DNA from: Pasteurella multocida
GTDB lineage: Bacteria > Pseudomonadota > Gammaproteobacteria > Enterobacterales > Pasteurellaceae
NCBI RefSeq assembly: GCF_900187275.1
Contig: NZ_LT906458.1
Coordinates: 30,001-62,000 of the forward strand
Length of the DNA: 32,000 nt
Direction of reading: 5' to 3'
The position numbers were made by a program, and so were the translations under genes. A model generated the notes under the pieces. It did no database searches, was not told the origin of the DNA, and was given only the letters and a program-made list of their open reading frames with translations. This document shows positions 10,381-22,267 of the stretch, one piece after another. Each line of letters starts with the position of its first letter. Position 1 is the first letter of the stretch.

Positions 10381-11229
10381 TTATACCTGTTTTTCGATAA
10401 TCACTTTAATATCTTCTGGTGCTGCATAATAAGGTGCTGATGTAATGAAAAGTTGGATCCCGAGTTTCGCATACTCTGCCACATTATGCTTGTTAACACC
10501 TCCTGCTACAGATAAGGTAATGTTTTTATTGGCTAACGCTAATAAATGCAAGGCTTGTTTGACTTGTTCCAGCGTGAATTTATCTAATTGAATAATATCA
10601 GGATCGGCTGTCAACATTTGTTCAAATTGCACTAAGTTATCGGCTTCCAGTGTAATTTTATTTTCTGGCGCTTGTTGCTTTAGTCTTGTCACGATGCCTT
10701 GCCAATCTTCTGGATCAGAGAGGAGATTACGATGATTGGTAAATACCAAGAGGGTTTCGCTCAAGCCTTGACGGTGAATATGTCCGCCTGCGGCTAAGAC
10801 TGCATTTGTGGCTAATTTGCGCGTATTAGGAATACTTTTACGTGTACAAGCAACAACAGTAGCAGGATTAATGGCTTTCGCATTGCTAATCATTTCAGCG
10901 GTATATTGTGCAACCCCACATGACCATTCCAAGACCAATTGAACCACTTTCCACGCTTGATGTAGCTTATCAGCACTGCCTTTGGCGCTTAATAATAAGC
11001 TTCCTGCTTCGACAAATTCTCCTTCTTTCACATACACTTGTGGGTGGATGTCGAGTTTTCGGAGCAGTTTTTCCGCAATACTGATACCCGCGACGATGCC
11101 GGCATTTTTACGTTTAAAGCAAATCTCAGCGGGGATACTTTCTAATCCTAATGCATGGGTGGTGAGATCACCACGATAGATATCTTCTAATAAAAAGTCA
11201 TCGAGTTCGTTGTCTGAAAAATAAAGCAT
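10381..11229 (-). CDS. modD: ModD, a nicotinate-nucleotide pyrophosphorylase (QPRTase) homologue
   Basis: NadC-like fold ([30 protein letters not shown]; [15 protein letters not shown]) in an operon with mod-like ABC genes. Start set at [24 protein letters not shown]. Confidence 0.85.
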   Translation of the reverse strand: MLYFSDNELDDFLLEDIYRGDLTTHALGLESIPAEICFKRKNAGIVAGISIAEKLLRKLDIHPQVYVKEGEFVEAGSLLLSAKGSADKLHQAWKVVQLVLEWSCGVAQYTAEMISNAKAINPATVVACTRKSIPNTRKLATNAVLAAGGHIHRQGLSETLLVFTNHRNLLSDPEDWQGIVTRLKQQAPENKITLEADNLVQFEQMLTADPDIIQLDKFTLEQVKQALHLLALANKNITLSVAGGVNKHNVAEYAKLGIQLFITSAPYYAAPEDIKVIIEKQV

Positions 11230-11246
11230 AGTGCAGTCCTTATCAA

Positions 11247-11846
11247 TTAAATAAGTTGTCCTTGGTGTAATCGAATTTGCCGATGAGAAAGGTAATCGGC
11301 CTCTTTGGGATCGTGTGTGACTAATAACGTGGTCATGTGATATGACTGCATTAAGTCCTTTAAGATTGCCCAAATATGTTGTTTGGTTTCCCAGTCTAAC
11401 GAGGAAAAAGGCTCATCAAGTAATAACAAGTCTGGAGGATTGATTAATGCACGGGCCAGTGCAGCGCGTTGTTGTTCACCGCCTGAGAGCTGATGAGGAT
11501 AACGATCACGTAAATGGGCGATTTTGAGCTTAGCCAGTAGCCTATGCTGTGCTTCGCAATCTGCGTTGGGTTGAGCTAAGCGTAAATTGCCAGATACGGT
11601 TTTGTGTGGAAATAAATACAAACGTTGATTAAGGTAGCGACAATGACGTTGCCATGGCGCAAGGTTATCAATGGGTTGTTGTGCTAGGGTAATATGACCT
11701 TGATAATCAAGATAACCAGCAATGCTATTGAGTAAGGTAGTTTTTCCACTACCAGATTGTCCTACTACAGCGACACATTCTCCTTTACTAACGTGTAAAT
11801 GGATATGACGTAAAATACCCACAGATAAATTTTCAATCTTGAGCAT
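11247..11846 (-). CDS. ABC transporter ATPase subunit of the mod-like operon (short, no C-terminal regulatory domain)
   Basis: Walker [10 protein letters not shown]; signature [15 protein letters not shown]; Walker B LLLLDEP; H-loop VTHD. Only 199 aa. Confidence 0.9.
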   Translation of the reverse strand: MLKIENLSVGILRHIHLHVSKGECVAVVGQSGSGKTTLLNSIAGYLDYQGHITLAQQPIDNLAPWQRHCRYLNQRLYLFPHKTVSGNLRLAQPNADCEAQHRLLAKLKIAHLRDRYPHQLSGGEQQRAALARALINPPDLLLLDEPFSSLDWETKQHIWAILKDLMQSYHMTTLLVTHDPKEADYLSHRQIRLHQGQLI

Positions 11847-11847
11847 C

Positions 11848-12645
11848 CTAGATATTCCTATTGAGTGTACGTAAGACTAACAGTAAGCAAGCAGCAATGA
11901 ATAAAAGCCATAGTGATGCGCCTACCGCGATCTCAAAATCACCACTGGCAATATTTAAATAGACCGCCATGGGCAAGGTTTCTGTTTTAAAACGCGTAGC
12001 ACCCGCTAACATCAACGTTGCACCAAATTCCCCAATTGCTCGGGACCAAGCCAAAATCGCGCCACAAAGTAATGGTTTCCAACACATTGGTAATTCTATT
12101 TTGAGCAAGGTCTGAAGCGGTGACAAACCTAAATTGTATGCAGCGAGGCGATAGCCTGAATCTAAGCTAGAAAAAGTACCGCGAGCATTACGTAACATAA
12201 TGGAACTGGCAATATAAGTTTGTGCCACAATTATACCAAGCGGGCTGAATATCCATTGGCTAATAATGGGAATGAATTGGCTCAAGATGCCCTGTGAATT
12301 AAATAAAAGCAGTAGGCTTAAACCAGTGACCAACGGCGGTAATACCATGGGCAAATCAAGAAAAGTATCAATCAATTTTTGCAAAGGTAACCGCACTTGG
12401 CTCATGACCCATGCTGATGGGATTGCAATAAAAATAGCCAGCAGTAAAGACAGTATGGATGTCGCAAGAGACATCCATAGCGCAAAATGCAGTTCAGGAT
12501 CAGTGAGAACCAGCAGAAAAAAGGAAAAGTTGAGCTGGCTTATCAGAGCAAGCACAGACCCAATGACGACGAGCAATAAAAGTAGCAAAGGGAGTAGTGC
12601 AAGCTTTAAACTCAGACTTTTATTTAATAGGTAAGAAGCCTTCAT
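11848..12645 (-). CDS. modB: ABC transporter permease, ModB-like
   Basis: [20 protein letters not shown] (permease EAA-loop region), [18 protein letters not shown] at 12645, with a possible TTG start at 12651. Overlaps the 3' end of the substrate-binding gene. Confidence 0.85.
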   Translation of the reverse strand: MKASYLLNKSLSLKLALLPLLLLLLVVIGSVLALISQLNFSFFLLVLTDPELHFALWMSLATSILSLLLAIFIAIPSAWVMSQVRLPLQKLIDTFLDLPMVLPPLVTGLSLLLLFNSQGILSQFIPIISQWIFSPLGIIVAQTYIASSIMLRNARGTFSSLDSGYRLAAYNLGLSPLQTLLKIELPMCWKPLLCGAILAWSRAIGEFGATLMLAGATRFKTETLPMAVYLNIASGDFEIAVGASLWLLFIAACLLLVLRTLNRNI

Positions 12646-13357
12646 CGACAAAATATTTCACACCTTGTTCTGAGTTAAAAAGGTCAAGTAACTGTTTGGC
12701 TTCTTTCGGATGTTTAGTGGAAGCAAGCAGGGCAATAGTGACTTTTTCTTCTGGCGTACCTGCTGGATTTGGTAATAAATCGACTTTATCACGTACTTTC
12801 CACGCACCAGAACGTCCGACTACGGCAGCATCCACATCGCCGTTTAATAAATAGAGCATCAACTGTTTGACCGTCGCCGCTTTGACGACAATTTTGTCAT
12901 TCAACTGTGCTTGATAACCCGAGAGTTCAAGTATTTTTTCCGCCCCTTTACCGAGCGCCATAGCTTTGCTATCACCAATCCCTAAACGCAGATTGCTTTC
13001 GGCAAGGGCTTTAAAGGAATCAATTCCAGCGCTTTTTTCTTTACGAATAGCCATTACGGGAATGTGCAGCACTAATGGCGCCGATTCTTTCACGTCACCT
13101 GTTTTTTCCAATTTTTCTACATAATCACTTGAGCCGGGTAAATAGAGATCGCCCGTTTTTACCGTGTTATAGCGTGCCAATAATTGTCCTGAGCCACCGT
13201 ATTCAATCGTGACGTTGTTGCCAGTTTCTTTTTCAAATTGTTTGACAATTTTTTCAACAGGATCTTTTAAGCCGGCACCAGCATAAAGGTAAAGCTCAGC
13301 GGCTTGTGCTGAAAATGTCGCTGTGATAAGAGTTGAAAGTACAATCAATTTTTTCAT
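12620..13357 (-). CDS. modA: Periplasmic substrate-binding protein, molybdate-type (ModA-like)
   Basis: Signal peptide MKKLIVLSTLITATFSAQAAELYLYAGAGLKDPVEKIVKQFEKETG; YGGSGQLLARYNTVKTGDLYLPGS; GRSGAWKV. Gene context. Confidence 0.8.
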   Translation of the reverse strand: MKKLIVLSTLITATFSAQAAELYLYAGAGLKDPVEKIVKQFEKETGNNVTIEYGGSGQLLARYNTVKTGDLYLPGSSDYVEKLEKTGDVKESAPLVLHIPVMAIRKEKSAGIDSFKALAESNLRLGIGDSKAMALGKGAEKILELSGYQAQLNDKIVVKAATVKQLMLYLLNGDVDAAVVGRSGAWKVRDKVDLLPNPAGTPEEKVTIALLASTKHPKEAKQLLDLFNSEQGVKYFVDEGFLPIK

Positions 13358-13399
13358 GGTTATCTCCTTTGCATAAAAATGGGATAACTATAACATAAT

Positions 13400-13423
13400 C
13401 ATTATATAAAATGTAATATACCG
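13400..13423 (-). promoter_or_regulatory. ModE-box-like imperfect inverted repeat upstream of the mod-like operon
   Basis: Reverse strand CGGTATATTACATTTTATATAATG, 43-66 nt upstream of the modA-like start codon. Confidence 0.4.
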
Positions 13424-13435
13424 AATTTAACGAAT

Positions 13436-13470
13436 AAAAAAGGATTGAGCGTTATACTCAATCCTTTTTT
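13436..13470 (-). terminator. Terminator downstream of groL
   Basis: AAAAAAGGATTGAG, 7-nt loop, CTCAATCCTTTTTT: 14-bp perfect stem, with T-tracts in both directions. Confidence 0.85.
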
Positions 13471-13493
13471 CGTATGTGAAAAGGGGGGGGAGA

Positions 13494-15131
<1,638 letters not shown>

Positions 15132-15223
15132 TTATCTTCCTCTCATTTCGAATCTTGTTATGTAAATTGCTATTTTAAGTTTGTTTATTTATAGAAATAA
15201 CGATTTCGTGTTGTTGATAAAAA

Positions 15224-15514
15224 TTATTCAACAATGGCTAAAATATCGTTTTCAGAAATAATTAACACTTCTTCGCCATCAATTTTTTCTGCTTTCACGC
15301 CATAACCGTCATTGAAAATCACGGTATCGCCGACTTTCACATCTAAAGGTTGTACTGTACCATTTTCTAAGATGCGACCTTTACCCACGGCTAATACTTT
15401 TGCACGTGTTGATTTTGTTGCAGCAGAGCCGGTCAACACAATCCCCCCTGCTGAGCGGGTTTCCACTTCTTCACGTTTGATGATCACACGGTCATGTAAT
15501 GGACGAATATTCAT
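15224..15514 (-). CDS. groS: 10-kDa co-chaperonin GroES
   Basis: [29 protein letters not shown]. Confidence 0.98.
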   Translation of the reverse strand: MNIRPLHDRVIIKREEVETRSAGGIVLTGSAATKSTRAKVLAVGKGRILENGTVQPLDVKVGDTVIFNDGYGVKAEKIDGEEVLIISENDILAIVE

Positions 15515-15561
15515 TGAATTACTCCTTAATTAAATTATGTTTTTGATGAAACGTTTCCCTA

Positions 15562-15589
15562 ATATGAGGGAAAATTTGTCTGTTTCAAG
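15562..15589 (-). promoter_or_regulatory. Sigma-32 (heat-shock) promoter of groSL
   Basis: Reverse strand CTTGAAA, 13 nt, CCTCATAT; consensus is CTTGAAA-N11-16-CCCCATNT, one mismatch. Confidence 0.8.
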
Positions 15590-15602
15590 GGGGAAAATAA
15601 AA

Positions 15603-16073
15603 TTATTTTATTCTTTTATCTTCATCCACTTGTTTTTCGTATTCGGCTTCAAACACCTCGCCTTCTGACTGGCTGTGATTCGCTTTCTGGCTGTAGCGGA
15701 AGAAACGGCTACGCACTATATGGATCTTGTTGGTTATCAGTTTTTCAATCCAGAGGCTAGTGATCGGGATTAATAAAAATAATGCGATTAAATCGGTCAA
15801 AAAGCCGGGAATAAAGAAAAGGATACCGGCTACAATCCAAATGCCAGATTTTAATAACGCACGTGTCGGGATTTCGCCTTGGGATAATTGTTTTTGTACA
15901 TTTAATAAGGTATACCAACCACGAGCTCGGATCATGAAGAGCCCGAAAAGCGATGATAAAATGAGTAACAGAATGAGACTCAATACGCCAATATTCGATC
16001 CTATCCAAACTAAAAGTGACAATTCGGTATAGATAAATAAAAAAGCGATAAAAAGAAAGAGAACCAGAGGCAT
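15603..16073 (-). CDS. fxsA: FxsA family membrane protein
   Basis: MPLVLFLFIAFLFIYTELSLLVWIGSNIGVLSLILLLILSSLFGLFMIRARG; PGFLTDLIALFLLIP. Confidence 0.88.
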   Translation of the reverse strand: MPLVLFLFIAFLFIYTELSLLVWIGSNIGVLSLILLLILSSLFGLFMIRARGWYTLLNVQKQLSQGEIPTRALLKSGIWIVAGILFFIPGFLTDLIALFLLIPITSLWIEKLITNKIHIVRSRFFRYSQKANHSQSEGEVFEAEYEKQVDEDKRIK

Positions 16074-16157
16074 TGTTGTTTCCTCGCTGTATGCACGTTT
16101 GTGAGATGTTGTTATAAATGGGAGCAAATTAGCCAAATTTCAACCGCACTTTAGCAT

Positions 16158-16193
16158 AAAAATAAAGCTCACAGGGTTGTGAGCTTTATTTTT
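16158..16193 (-). terminator. Terminator of the AbgT-family transporter gene
   Basis: AAAAATAAAGCTCACA, 4-nt loop, TGTGAGCTTTATTTTT: perfect 16-bp stem. Confidence 0.85.
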
Positions 16194-16203
16194 AATTTTG
16201 CAC

Positions 16204-17775
16204 TTATTGCGCTGGGTAGAACATTGGCGAGTTAGGACCGACCGGTAAGCCTAACACGAAGACCCAAATAAAGAACATCGCAGACCATGCCACTAAGAAG
16301 GCAACAGAGTACGGTAACATCATTGACACAAGCGTACCGACCCCCGCATCTTTCTTATATTTCAATACGGTTGCCATGATCAAGCCAAAGTAGCTCATCA
16401 TTGGGGTGATGATATTGGTTACGGAATCACCGATACGGTAAGCCGCTTGAATGATTTCAGGTGAATAACCGGTTAACATCAGCATTGGCACAAAGATCGG
16501 TGCAGTAACAGCCCATTGTGCAGAGGCAGAACCAATCATTAAGTTAATGAAAGCACAGATCAAGATGAAGCCCATAAAGAGGATACCGCCATGTAAGCCT
16601 ACTTCATTTAGGAAGTTAGCGCCTTTTACCGCGATATATTGACCAATATTGGTCCAGTTAAAGAAGGCGACGAATTGTGACGCGAAGAAGATAATCACAA
16701 GGTATAGTCCTAATGTACTCATGGCTTCAGCCATCGCATTGACCACATCTTTTTCGCTACGAATACTTTTTGTCACAATCCCATAAACCGTACCCGGAAT
16801 AGCAAAGAGAATGAAGATAAAGGCAACGATCGATTTTAAGAATGGTGAACCTGTGACTAAACCTGTTTTTGGATCACGTAAAATGCCATTTTCAGGGACC
16901 ACAGTCCAAGCTAATAGTGCACATAAAATTAAGAAGACTAAACCCGCGTATCTTAATCCTTTACGCTCTAATGGAGAAACTTCATTCGAGTGCTGTAAAT
17001 CCAGTTCTTCTTGTGAAAGATGACTGTTATAAGGACCTAATTGTGGTTCCACGATTTTTTCTGTAATGAAATAACCAATAAACGCAATCACAAAGGTACT
17101 GGCAGCCATGAAGAACCAGTTGGCTTCAGGACCTACCGTATAAGTTGGATCGATAATTTGTGCAGCTTGTTGCGTGATCCCTGCGAGTAATGGATCAATC
17201 GTACCTAATAAGAGGTTGGCGGAGTAACCACCAGATACCCCCGCAAATGCAGCAGCAAGACCCGCTAATGGATGGCGACCTAATGAGTGAAAAATAATGG
17301 CAGCTAAAGGAATGAGGACAACATAACCTAATTCAGAGGCGGTGTTCGATAGAATCCCCGCAAAAACAATAGTGAACGTTGTCAATTTACGTGGTGATTT
17401 GGTGACCAATAAACGCATGACGGCAGAAAGAAGCCCTGCTTTTTCAGCAATACCGACCCCTAATAATGCCACCAATACTGTGCCTAATGGGGCAAAGTTA
17501 GTAAAGTTTTTCACCAAATTAGTCAAAATTCTGCTTAAGCCTTCGGCATTTAGCAAACTGACGACGTAAATCATCCCGTCAGCCGCACGTCCTTTAACGC
17601 CTTCCGGACGAGGGTCTGCAACGGCTAGACCAAAATATTCCCCTAATGCAGAAGTAATTAATAATAAAACAATAAAAATCATAAAAAGGGTAACGGGGTG
17701 GGGTAACATGTTACCGAGCCATTCCACCGTATGAAGAAATTTACTGCCTTTCTTTTGTTGTTGTGTTGTAGTCAT
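16204..17775 (-). CDS. AbgT/MtrF-family transporter (p-aminobenzoyl-glutamate transporter type)
   Basis: MLPHPVTLFMIFIVLLLITSALG; NLVKNFTNFAPLGTVLVALLGVGIAEKAGL; GLPVGPNSPMFYP. Confidence 0.88.
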   Translation of the reverse strand: MTTTQQQKKGSKFLHTVEWLGNMLPHPVTLFMIFIVLLLITSALGEYFGLAVADPRPEGVKGRAADGMIYVVSLLNAEGLSRILTNLVKNFTNFAPLGTVLVALLGVGIAEKAGLLSAVMRLLVTKSPRKLTTFTIVFAGILSNTASELGYVVLIPLAAIIFHSLGRHPLAGLAAAFAGVSGGYSANLLLGTIDPLLAGITQQAAQIIDPTYTVGPEANWFFMAASTFVIAFIGYFITEKIVEPQLGPYNSHLSQEELDLQHSNEVSPLERKGLRYAGLVFLILCALLAWTVVPENGILRDPKTGLVTGSPFLKSIVAFIFILFAIPGTVYGIVTKSIRSEKDVVNAMAEAMSTLGLYLVIIFFASQFVAFFNWTNIGQYIAVKGANFLNEVGLHGGILFMGFILICAFINLMIGSASAQWAVTAPIFVPMLMLTGYSPEIIQAAYRIGDSVTNIITPMMSYFGLIMATVLKYKKDAGVGTLVSMMLPYSVAFLVAWSAMFFIWVFVLGLPVGPNSPMFYPAQ

Positions 17776-18020
17776 GTGTAGTCCTTCTATATTTTAATGA
17801 TACAAGGGCTATGCTCATTTTTCGCCCAACTGCAATCTAACACGATATATGTCACATTCAAATAAAATTTTTAACAAAGTGTTAACAGGATCAAATTATT
17901 TCTTTTCTATTTCTGTTAACCTATTAACGCCCCACGTATCAATTTTTATTTTGCGAGGCATTTCGGATAAGTAAAACTAATCCGAATGATAAAAATATGT
18001 CGTGGGGTCAATCTGTAAAA

Positions 18021-18036
18021 TGTGACGGCGATCAAA
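18021..18036 (+). promoter_or_regulatory. CRP-like half-conserved site upstream of aspA
   Basis: TGTGA-cggcga-TCAAA: left half exact, right half 4/5 to TCACA. 68 nt upstream of the aspA start. Confidence 0.45.
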
Positions 18037-18103
18037 TATTTAGCAAAGTTATTTCCATTATAATAGGCATTAACTTGTTCATCACTCGAAATGGAGGGTA
18101 ATA

Positions 18104-19522
18104 ATGACAGTAACAAGAAAAGAAGTGGATTTACTCGGAGAACGTGAAGTACCAGCAGACGTATACTGGGGAATTCATACCTTAAGAGCGGTAGAAAATT
18201 TTAATATTTCAAATGCGGTTATCTCAGATGTGCCTGATTTTGTACGCGGTATGGTGATGGTGAAAAAGGCGACCGCCTTAGCAAACGGTGAATTAGGGGC
18301 GATTCCTGATAAAATTGCAAAAGCGATTGTAGCTGCTTGTGATGAAATCTTAACCACAGGCAAATGCTTAGATCAATTCCCGTCAGATATTTATCAAGGC
18401 GGTGCGGGTACCTCAGTGAATATGAATACGAATGAGGTTGTGGCGAATTTGGCGTTAGAGTTATTAGGACATAAGAAAGGGGAATACCAATATTTAGATC
18501 CAATGGATCATGTTAACGCTAGCCAATCAACCAATGACGCCTATCCAACAGGTTTCCGTATTGCTGTCTATAACAGTATTATGAAGCTCGTGGCAAAAGT
18601 GCTTTATTTACAACAAGGTTTTGAAAATAAAGCAAAAGAATTTTCGCACATTCTTAAAATGGGACGTACGCAATTACAAGATGCTGTGCCAATGACAGTA
18701 GGACAAGAATTTAAAGCCTTCTCTGTTTTATTAGATGAAGAAGTTCGCAATTTAACACGCACAGCAGAATACTTATTAGAAGTTAATTTAGGTGCGACAG
18801 CAATTGGTACGGGCTTAAATACACCAAAAGGGTATGCGCCATTAGCGGTCAAATACCTGTCTGAAGTCACAGGATTACCTTGTGTATTAGCTGAAAACTT
18901 AATCGAAGCTACCTCGGATTGTGGGGCGTATGTGATGGTGCACGGTGCATTAAAACGTACTGCGGTGAAACTATCAAAAGTATGTAATGACTTACGTCTA
19001 TTATCTTCGGGTCCGCGTGCAGGGTTAAATGAGATTAATTTGCCTGAATTACAAGCGGGTTCATCGATTATGCCAGCAAAAGTCAACCCAGTGGTACCCG
19101 AAGTGGTTAACCAAGTTTGCTATAAAGTGATGGGGAACGATATTACCATTACCTTTGCCGCAGAGGCTGGACAATTACAATTAAACGTCATGGAGCCAGT
19201 GATTGCACAAGCGATGTTTGAATCTATTGATATTTTGACCAATGCTTGTGTGAATTTACGCGATAAATGTATTGATGGTATTACGGTGAATAAAGAAACT
19301 TGTGAAAACTATGTCTTTAATTCTATCGGTATCGTGACTTATTTAAATCCATTTATTGGACACCATAATGGTGACTTAGTCGGTAAAATCTGTGCGAAAA
19401 CAGGGCGCGGAGTGAAAGAGGTCGTACTCGAAAAAGGACTCCTCACAGAAGCAGAATTAGATGATATTCTCTCAGTGGAGAACTTAATGAATCCAACCTA
19501 TAAAGCGAAGTTGAATAAATAA
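18104..19522 (+). CDS. aspA: Aspartate ammonia-lyase
   Basis: [22 protein letters not shown]; [20 protein letters not shown] lyase signature. Confidence 0.97.
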   Translation: MTVTRKEVDLLGEREVPADVYWGIHTLRAVENFNISNAVISDVPDFVRGMVMVKKATALANGELGAIPDKIAKAIVAACDEILTTGKCLDQFPSDIYQGGAGTSVNMNTNEVVANLALELLGHKKGEYQYLDPMDHVNASQSTNDAYPTGFRIAVYNSIMKLVAKVLYLQQGFENKAKEFSHILKMGRTQLQDAVPMTVGQEFKAFSVLLDEEVRNLTRTAEYLLEVNLGATAIGTGLNTPKGYAPLAVKYLSEVTGLPCVLAENLIEATSDCGAYVMVHGALKRTAVKLSKVCNDLRLLSSGPRAGLNEINLPELQAGSSIMPAKVNPVVPEVVNQVCYKVMGNDITITFAAEAGQLQLNVMEPVIAQAMFESIDILTNACVNLRDKCIDGITVNKETCENYVFNSIGIVTYLNPFIGHHNGDLVGKICAKTGRGVKEVVLEKGLLTEAELDDILSVENLMNPTYKAKLNK

Positions 19523-19544
19523 CTTGCAAAATAACTGTTAATTT

Positions 19545-19584
19545 AACCGCACTTTGAGCTTGCTTAAAGTGCGGTTTCTTTTTT
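19545..19584 (+). terminator. Paired-USS terminator after aspA
   Basis: AACCGCACTTT...AAAGTGCGGTTTCTTTTTT; inverted uptake signals form the stem, followed by a T-tract. Confidence 0.85.
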
Positions 19585-19657
19585 GGAAATTTTCTTTGTT
19601 ATACCTCGACAAGAAAAAATGGCACTTTACCGTGCCATTTCGTGATGCGGTTATCTA

Positions 19658-21727
19658 TTATTGTAAGAGGGAAATATCTGCCACTTGTAAGAATAGATTA
19701 CGTAGGTTATTTAAGATTGCTAAACGGTTTTGGCGTAATTGTGGATTTTCCGCGTTCACCATGACATTATCGAAGAAAGTATCCACGGGCTCACGCAATG
19801 CCGCTAAACGATCCAGTGCCACTTGGTATTCGCCTTTAGCAAATAGTGGCGCAAGCTCAGCTTGTAACGCAATCACCTGTTCAGCTAACACTTTTTCTGT
19901 TACTTCTGCACATAATGTGGTGTCAATATTGGCTGGTAATTCCCCTTCAACTTTCGCTAAAATATTGCTTACACGCTTATTGGCTGCCGCTAAAGCCTCT
20001 GCCGCCTCTAACGCACGGAAGTGTGACACCGCACGTACACGGGCATCAAAGTCCGATGGTTTGGTTGGACGACGAGCAAGCACCGCTTGAATCACATCTA
20101 CTGCAATCCCTTCATCTTGATACCAAGCACGGAAACGACCGAGCATAAACTCAACCACATCTTCCACTACATTAGTATTGGTTAACTTATCGCCAAAAAG
20201 GGCGCTCGATTTTTTCACAATTTCGGCTAAATCTAACGGCAAGTTTTTCTCCACAATAATGCGTAATGCACCTAATGCGGCACGACGTAGTGCGAATGGG
20301 TCTGCACTGCCTTTTGGTTGTTGACCGATCCCGAAAATGCCAGTGAGCGTATCGAATTTATCGGCTAATGCTACCGCACTGGCGACTAAGGATTTTGGTA
20401 ACTCATCGCCAGCAAAACGTGGCATATATTGTTCATTTAATGCTACTGCTACTTCTTCATCTTCACCATCGTGACGAGCATAATGCATCCCCATGACACC
20501 TTGCGTGTCAGTAAATTCAAACACCATGTTGGTCATTAAGTCACATTTTGACAATAAACCAGCGCGTTTGGCTTTGACTTCATCAGCACCGATTTGTTTT
20601 GCAATTTCGCCAGCCAGTTGTTCAATACGTGCCGTTTTATCACGTAATGTACCAAGCTGTTGTTGGAATAACACGGTTTCTAAACGTGGTAATTGATCTT
20701 CTAAACGTTGTTTTAAGTCGGTTTTAAAGAAAAATTCCGCATCGGTTAAACGTGGACGCACCACTTTTTCATTCCCTTCAATGATCTTGCTTGGATCGTC
20801 AGGGTTGATGTTCGACACAAAAATAAAGTGCGGTAATAATTTGCCGTCTTTGTCATAAATTGGGAAATATTTTTGGTCACCTTTCATGGTATAAACCAAG
20901 GCTTCCGCTGGGACAGCAAGGAAACGTTCTTCAAATTTCGCCGCTAATACATTTGGATATTCCACCAATGAGGTGACTTCATCAAGTAAATCGTCTTCAA
21001 TATCCGCTACGCCACCAAGTGCGGTCGCTTTTTCTTGCGATTTCGCCAAAATTAACGCTTTACGCTCATTGAAGTCAGCCACCACTGAGCCTTTTTCTTT
21101 TAATAGCGCAGGGTATTGATCCGCGTGTGAAATTTGGAATTCACGCTCACCAAGGAAACGGTGACCACGAAGGGTACGAGCGCTTTCCACGCCTAAAATT
21201 TCGCCTTCAATCAGCTCATCGCCTAGTAACATCGTCACTGTGTGAACAGGACGAATAAATTGCACAGTTTTGTCCGCCCAACGCATCGGTTTTGGAATAG
21301 GCAACTTCGCCAACGCATTCGCCACCATGTCTTTCAATAAGTTTTTAGTCGGTTGACCTTCGATTGTGGCACGATGCACTAACCACTCACCTTTGTCAGT
21401 GGCAACACGCTCAGCTTGCTCAACGCTGATCCCACAACCACGTGCCCAACCTTCAGCCGCTTTAGTTGGTTTGCCTTCTGCATCAAATGCCGCAGACACT
21501 GCTGGACCACGCTTTTCAATTTGTTTACTTGGTTGGCTGGTCGCTAAACCTAACACTTTCACCGCTAAACGACGCGGTGCCGCAAACCATTCCACCTTAT
21601 CAAAGGCTAAACCGGCTTGGTTTAGCTCCAATTCCATATTCTCTGCAAACGCAGTCGCTAATTTTTTGAGCGCCTTCGGTGGCAGCTCTTCAGTGCCGAT
21701 CTCGGCGAGGAAGTTTTGTGTTGTCAT
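19658..21727 (-). CDS. glyS: Glycyl-tRNA synthetase beta subunit
   Basis: [27 protein letters not shown]; [21 protein letters not shown]. Confidence 0.97.
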   Translation of the reverse strand: MTTQNFLAEIGTEELPPKALKKLATAFAENMELELNQAGLAFDKVEWFAAPRRLAVKVLGLATSQPSKQIEKRGPAVSAAFDAEGKPTKAAEGWARGCGISVEQAERVATDKGEWLVHRATIEGQPTKNLLKDMVANALAKLPIPKPMRWADKTVQFIRPVHTVTMLLGDELIEGEILGVESARTLRGHRFLGEREFQISHADQYPALLKEKGSVVADFNERKALILAKSQEKATALGGVADIEDDLLDEVTSLVEYPNVLAAKFEERFLAVPAEALVYTMKGDQKYFPIYDKDGKLLPHFIFVSNINPDDPSKIIEGNEKVVRPRLTDAEFFFKTDLKQRLEDQLPRLETVLFQQQLGTLRDKTARIEQLAGEIAKQIGADEVKAKRAGLLSKCDLMTNMVFEFTDTQGVMGMHYARHDGEDEEVAVALNEQYMPRFAGDELPKSLVASAVALADKFDTLTGIFGIGQQPKGSADPFALRRAALGALRIIVEKNLPLDLAEIVKKSSALFGDKLTNTNVVEDVVEFMLGRFRAWYQDEGIAVDVIQAVLARRPTKPSDFDARVRAVSHFRALEAAEALAAANKRVSNILAKVEGELPANIDTTLCAEVTEKVLAEQVIALQAELAPLFAKGEYQVALDRLAALREPVDTFFDNVMVNAENPQLRQNRLAILNNLRNLFLQVADISLLQ

Positions 21728-21756
21728 TTTGTTTCTCTTTAAAAAATATCAAGATT

Positions 21757-22137
21757 CTATTTCTTTATCGTACATTTAATTGTTATTTTTTCTGTTTTAA
21801 CATCAGTTCCAAATTCCGCATGATAATTTTTATAAAGCATCATTGCTAAAGTCATTCCACCCAAAATAACAGCCAATATAATCGCGATTTCAAATGTTGC
21901 GAATATGCCGATAGCTATTAATATTTTGTTCATTATTATTCCAAATAGTCCGTCACTCGTTGATGGGAAGAATGATACAGCAAAGACGAAAGCAAGTGCG
22001 CCTAAAATCCATTTGTCAATTGTTGTAATCTTTTGGGCCTTTTTCATTTTTTCGGCTAATTCACCCTTAATAATGAAACTCGGCTCTTTATTCTTCAGCG
22101 CTCTTTCAAGGTCTTCCTTCATGTTAATGACTAACAT
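21757..22137 (-). CDS. Small membrane protein of unknown function
   Basis: 126 aa with two hydrophobic helices. The upstream ATG (22137) has AAGGAG at good spacing. No family recognised. Confidence 0.65.
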   Translation of the reverse strand: MLVINMKEDLERALKNKEPSFIIKGELAEKMKKAQKITTIDKWILGALAFVFAVSFFPSTSDGLFGIIMNKILIAIGIFATFEIAIILAVILGGMTLAMMLYKNYHAEFGTDVKTEKITIKCTIKK

Positions 22138-22267
22138 TTATTTGCTCCTTGTCGACATAAATTAATATTTATAGCACTTTGATTTTGCGAAATCTTCAAT
22201 ATAACTAAAAAGAGTGACGTTTCATTTGATTATGTTCGTTTCCCGACGAGCGCTATCTCTCTATCAT

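Noticed and set aside
10381-11229. NadC (quinolinate phosphoribosyltransferase)
   Set aside because: Sequence family is similar, but the operon context with mod-like ABC genes fits ModD better. Catalytic residue comparison would settle this.
11247-11846. Pseudogene or frameshifted modC
   Set aside because: All nucleotide-binding motifs are intact and neither neighbouring gap encodes a missing C-terminal domain, so it looks like a naturally short subunit.
18604-19086. 160-aa antisense ORF within aspA
   Set aside because: Overlaps the catalytic core of aspA completely; no domain recognised.
19554-20090. 178-aa plus-strand ORF opposite glyS
   Set aside because: Begins at the aspA terminator and runs antisense to glyS; low-complexity Ala/Ser translation typical of shadow ORFs.
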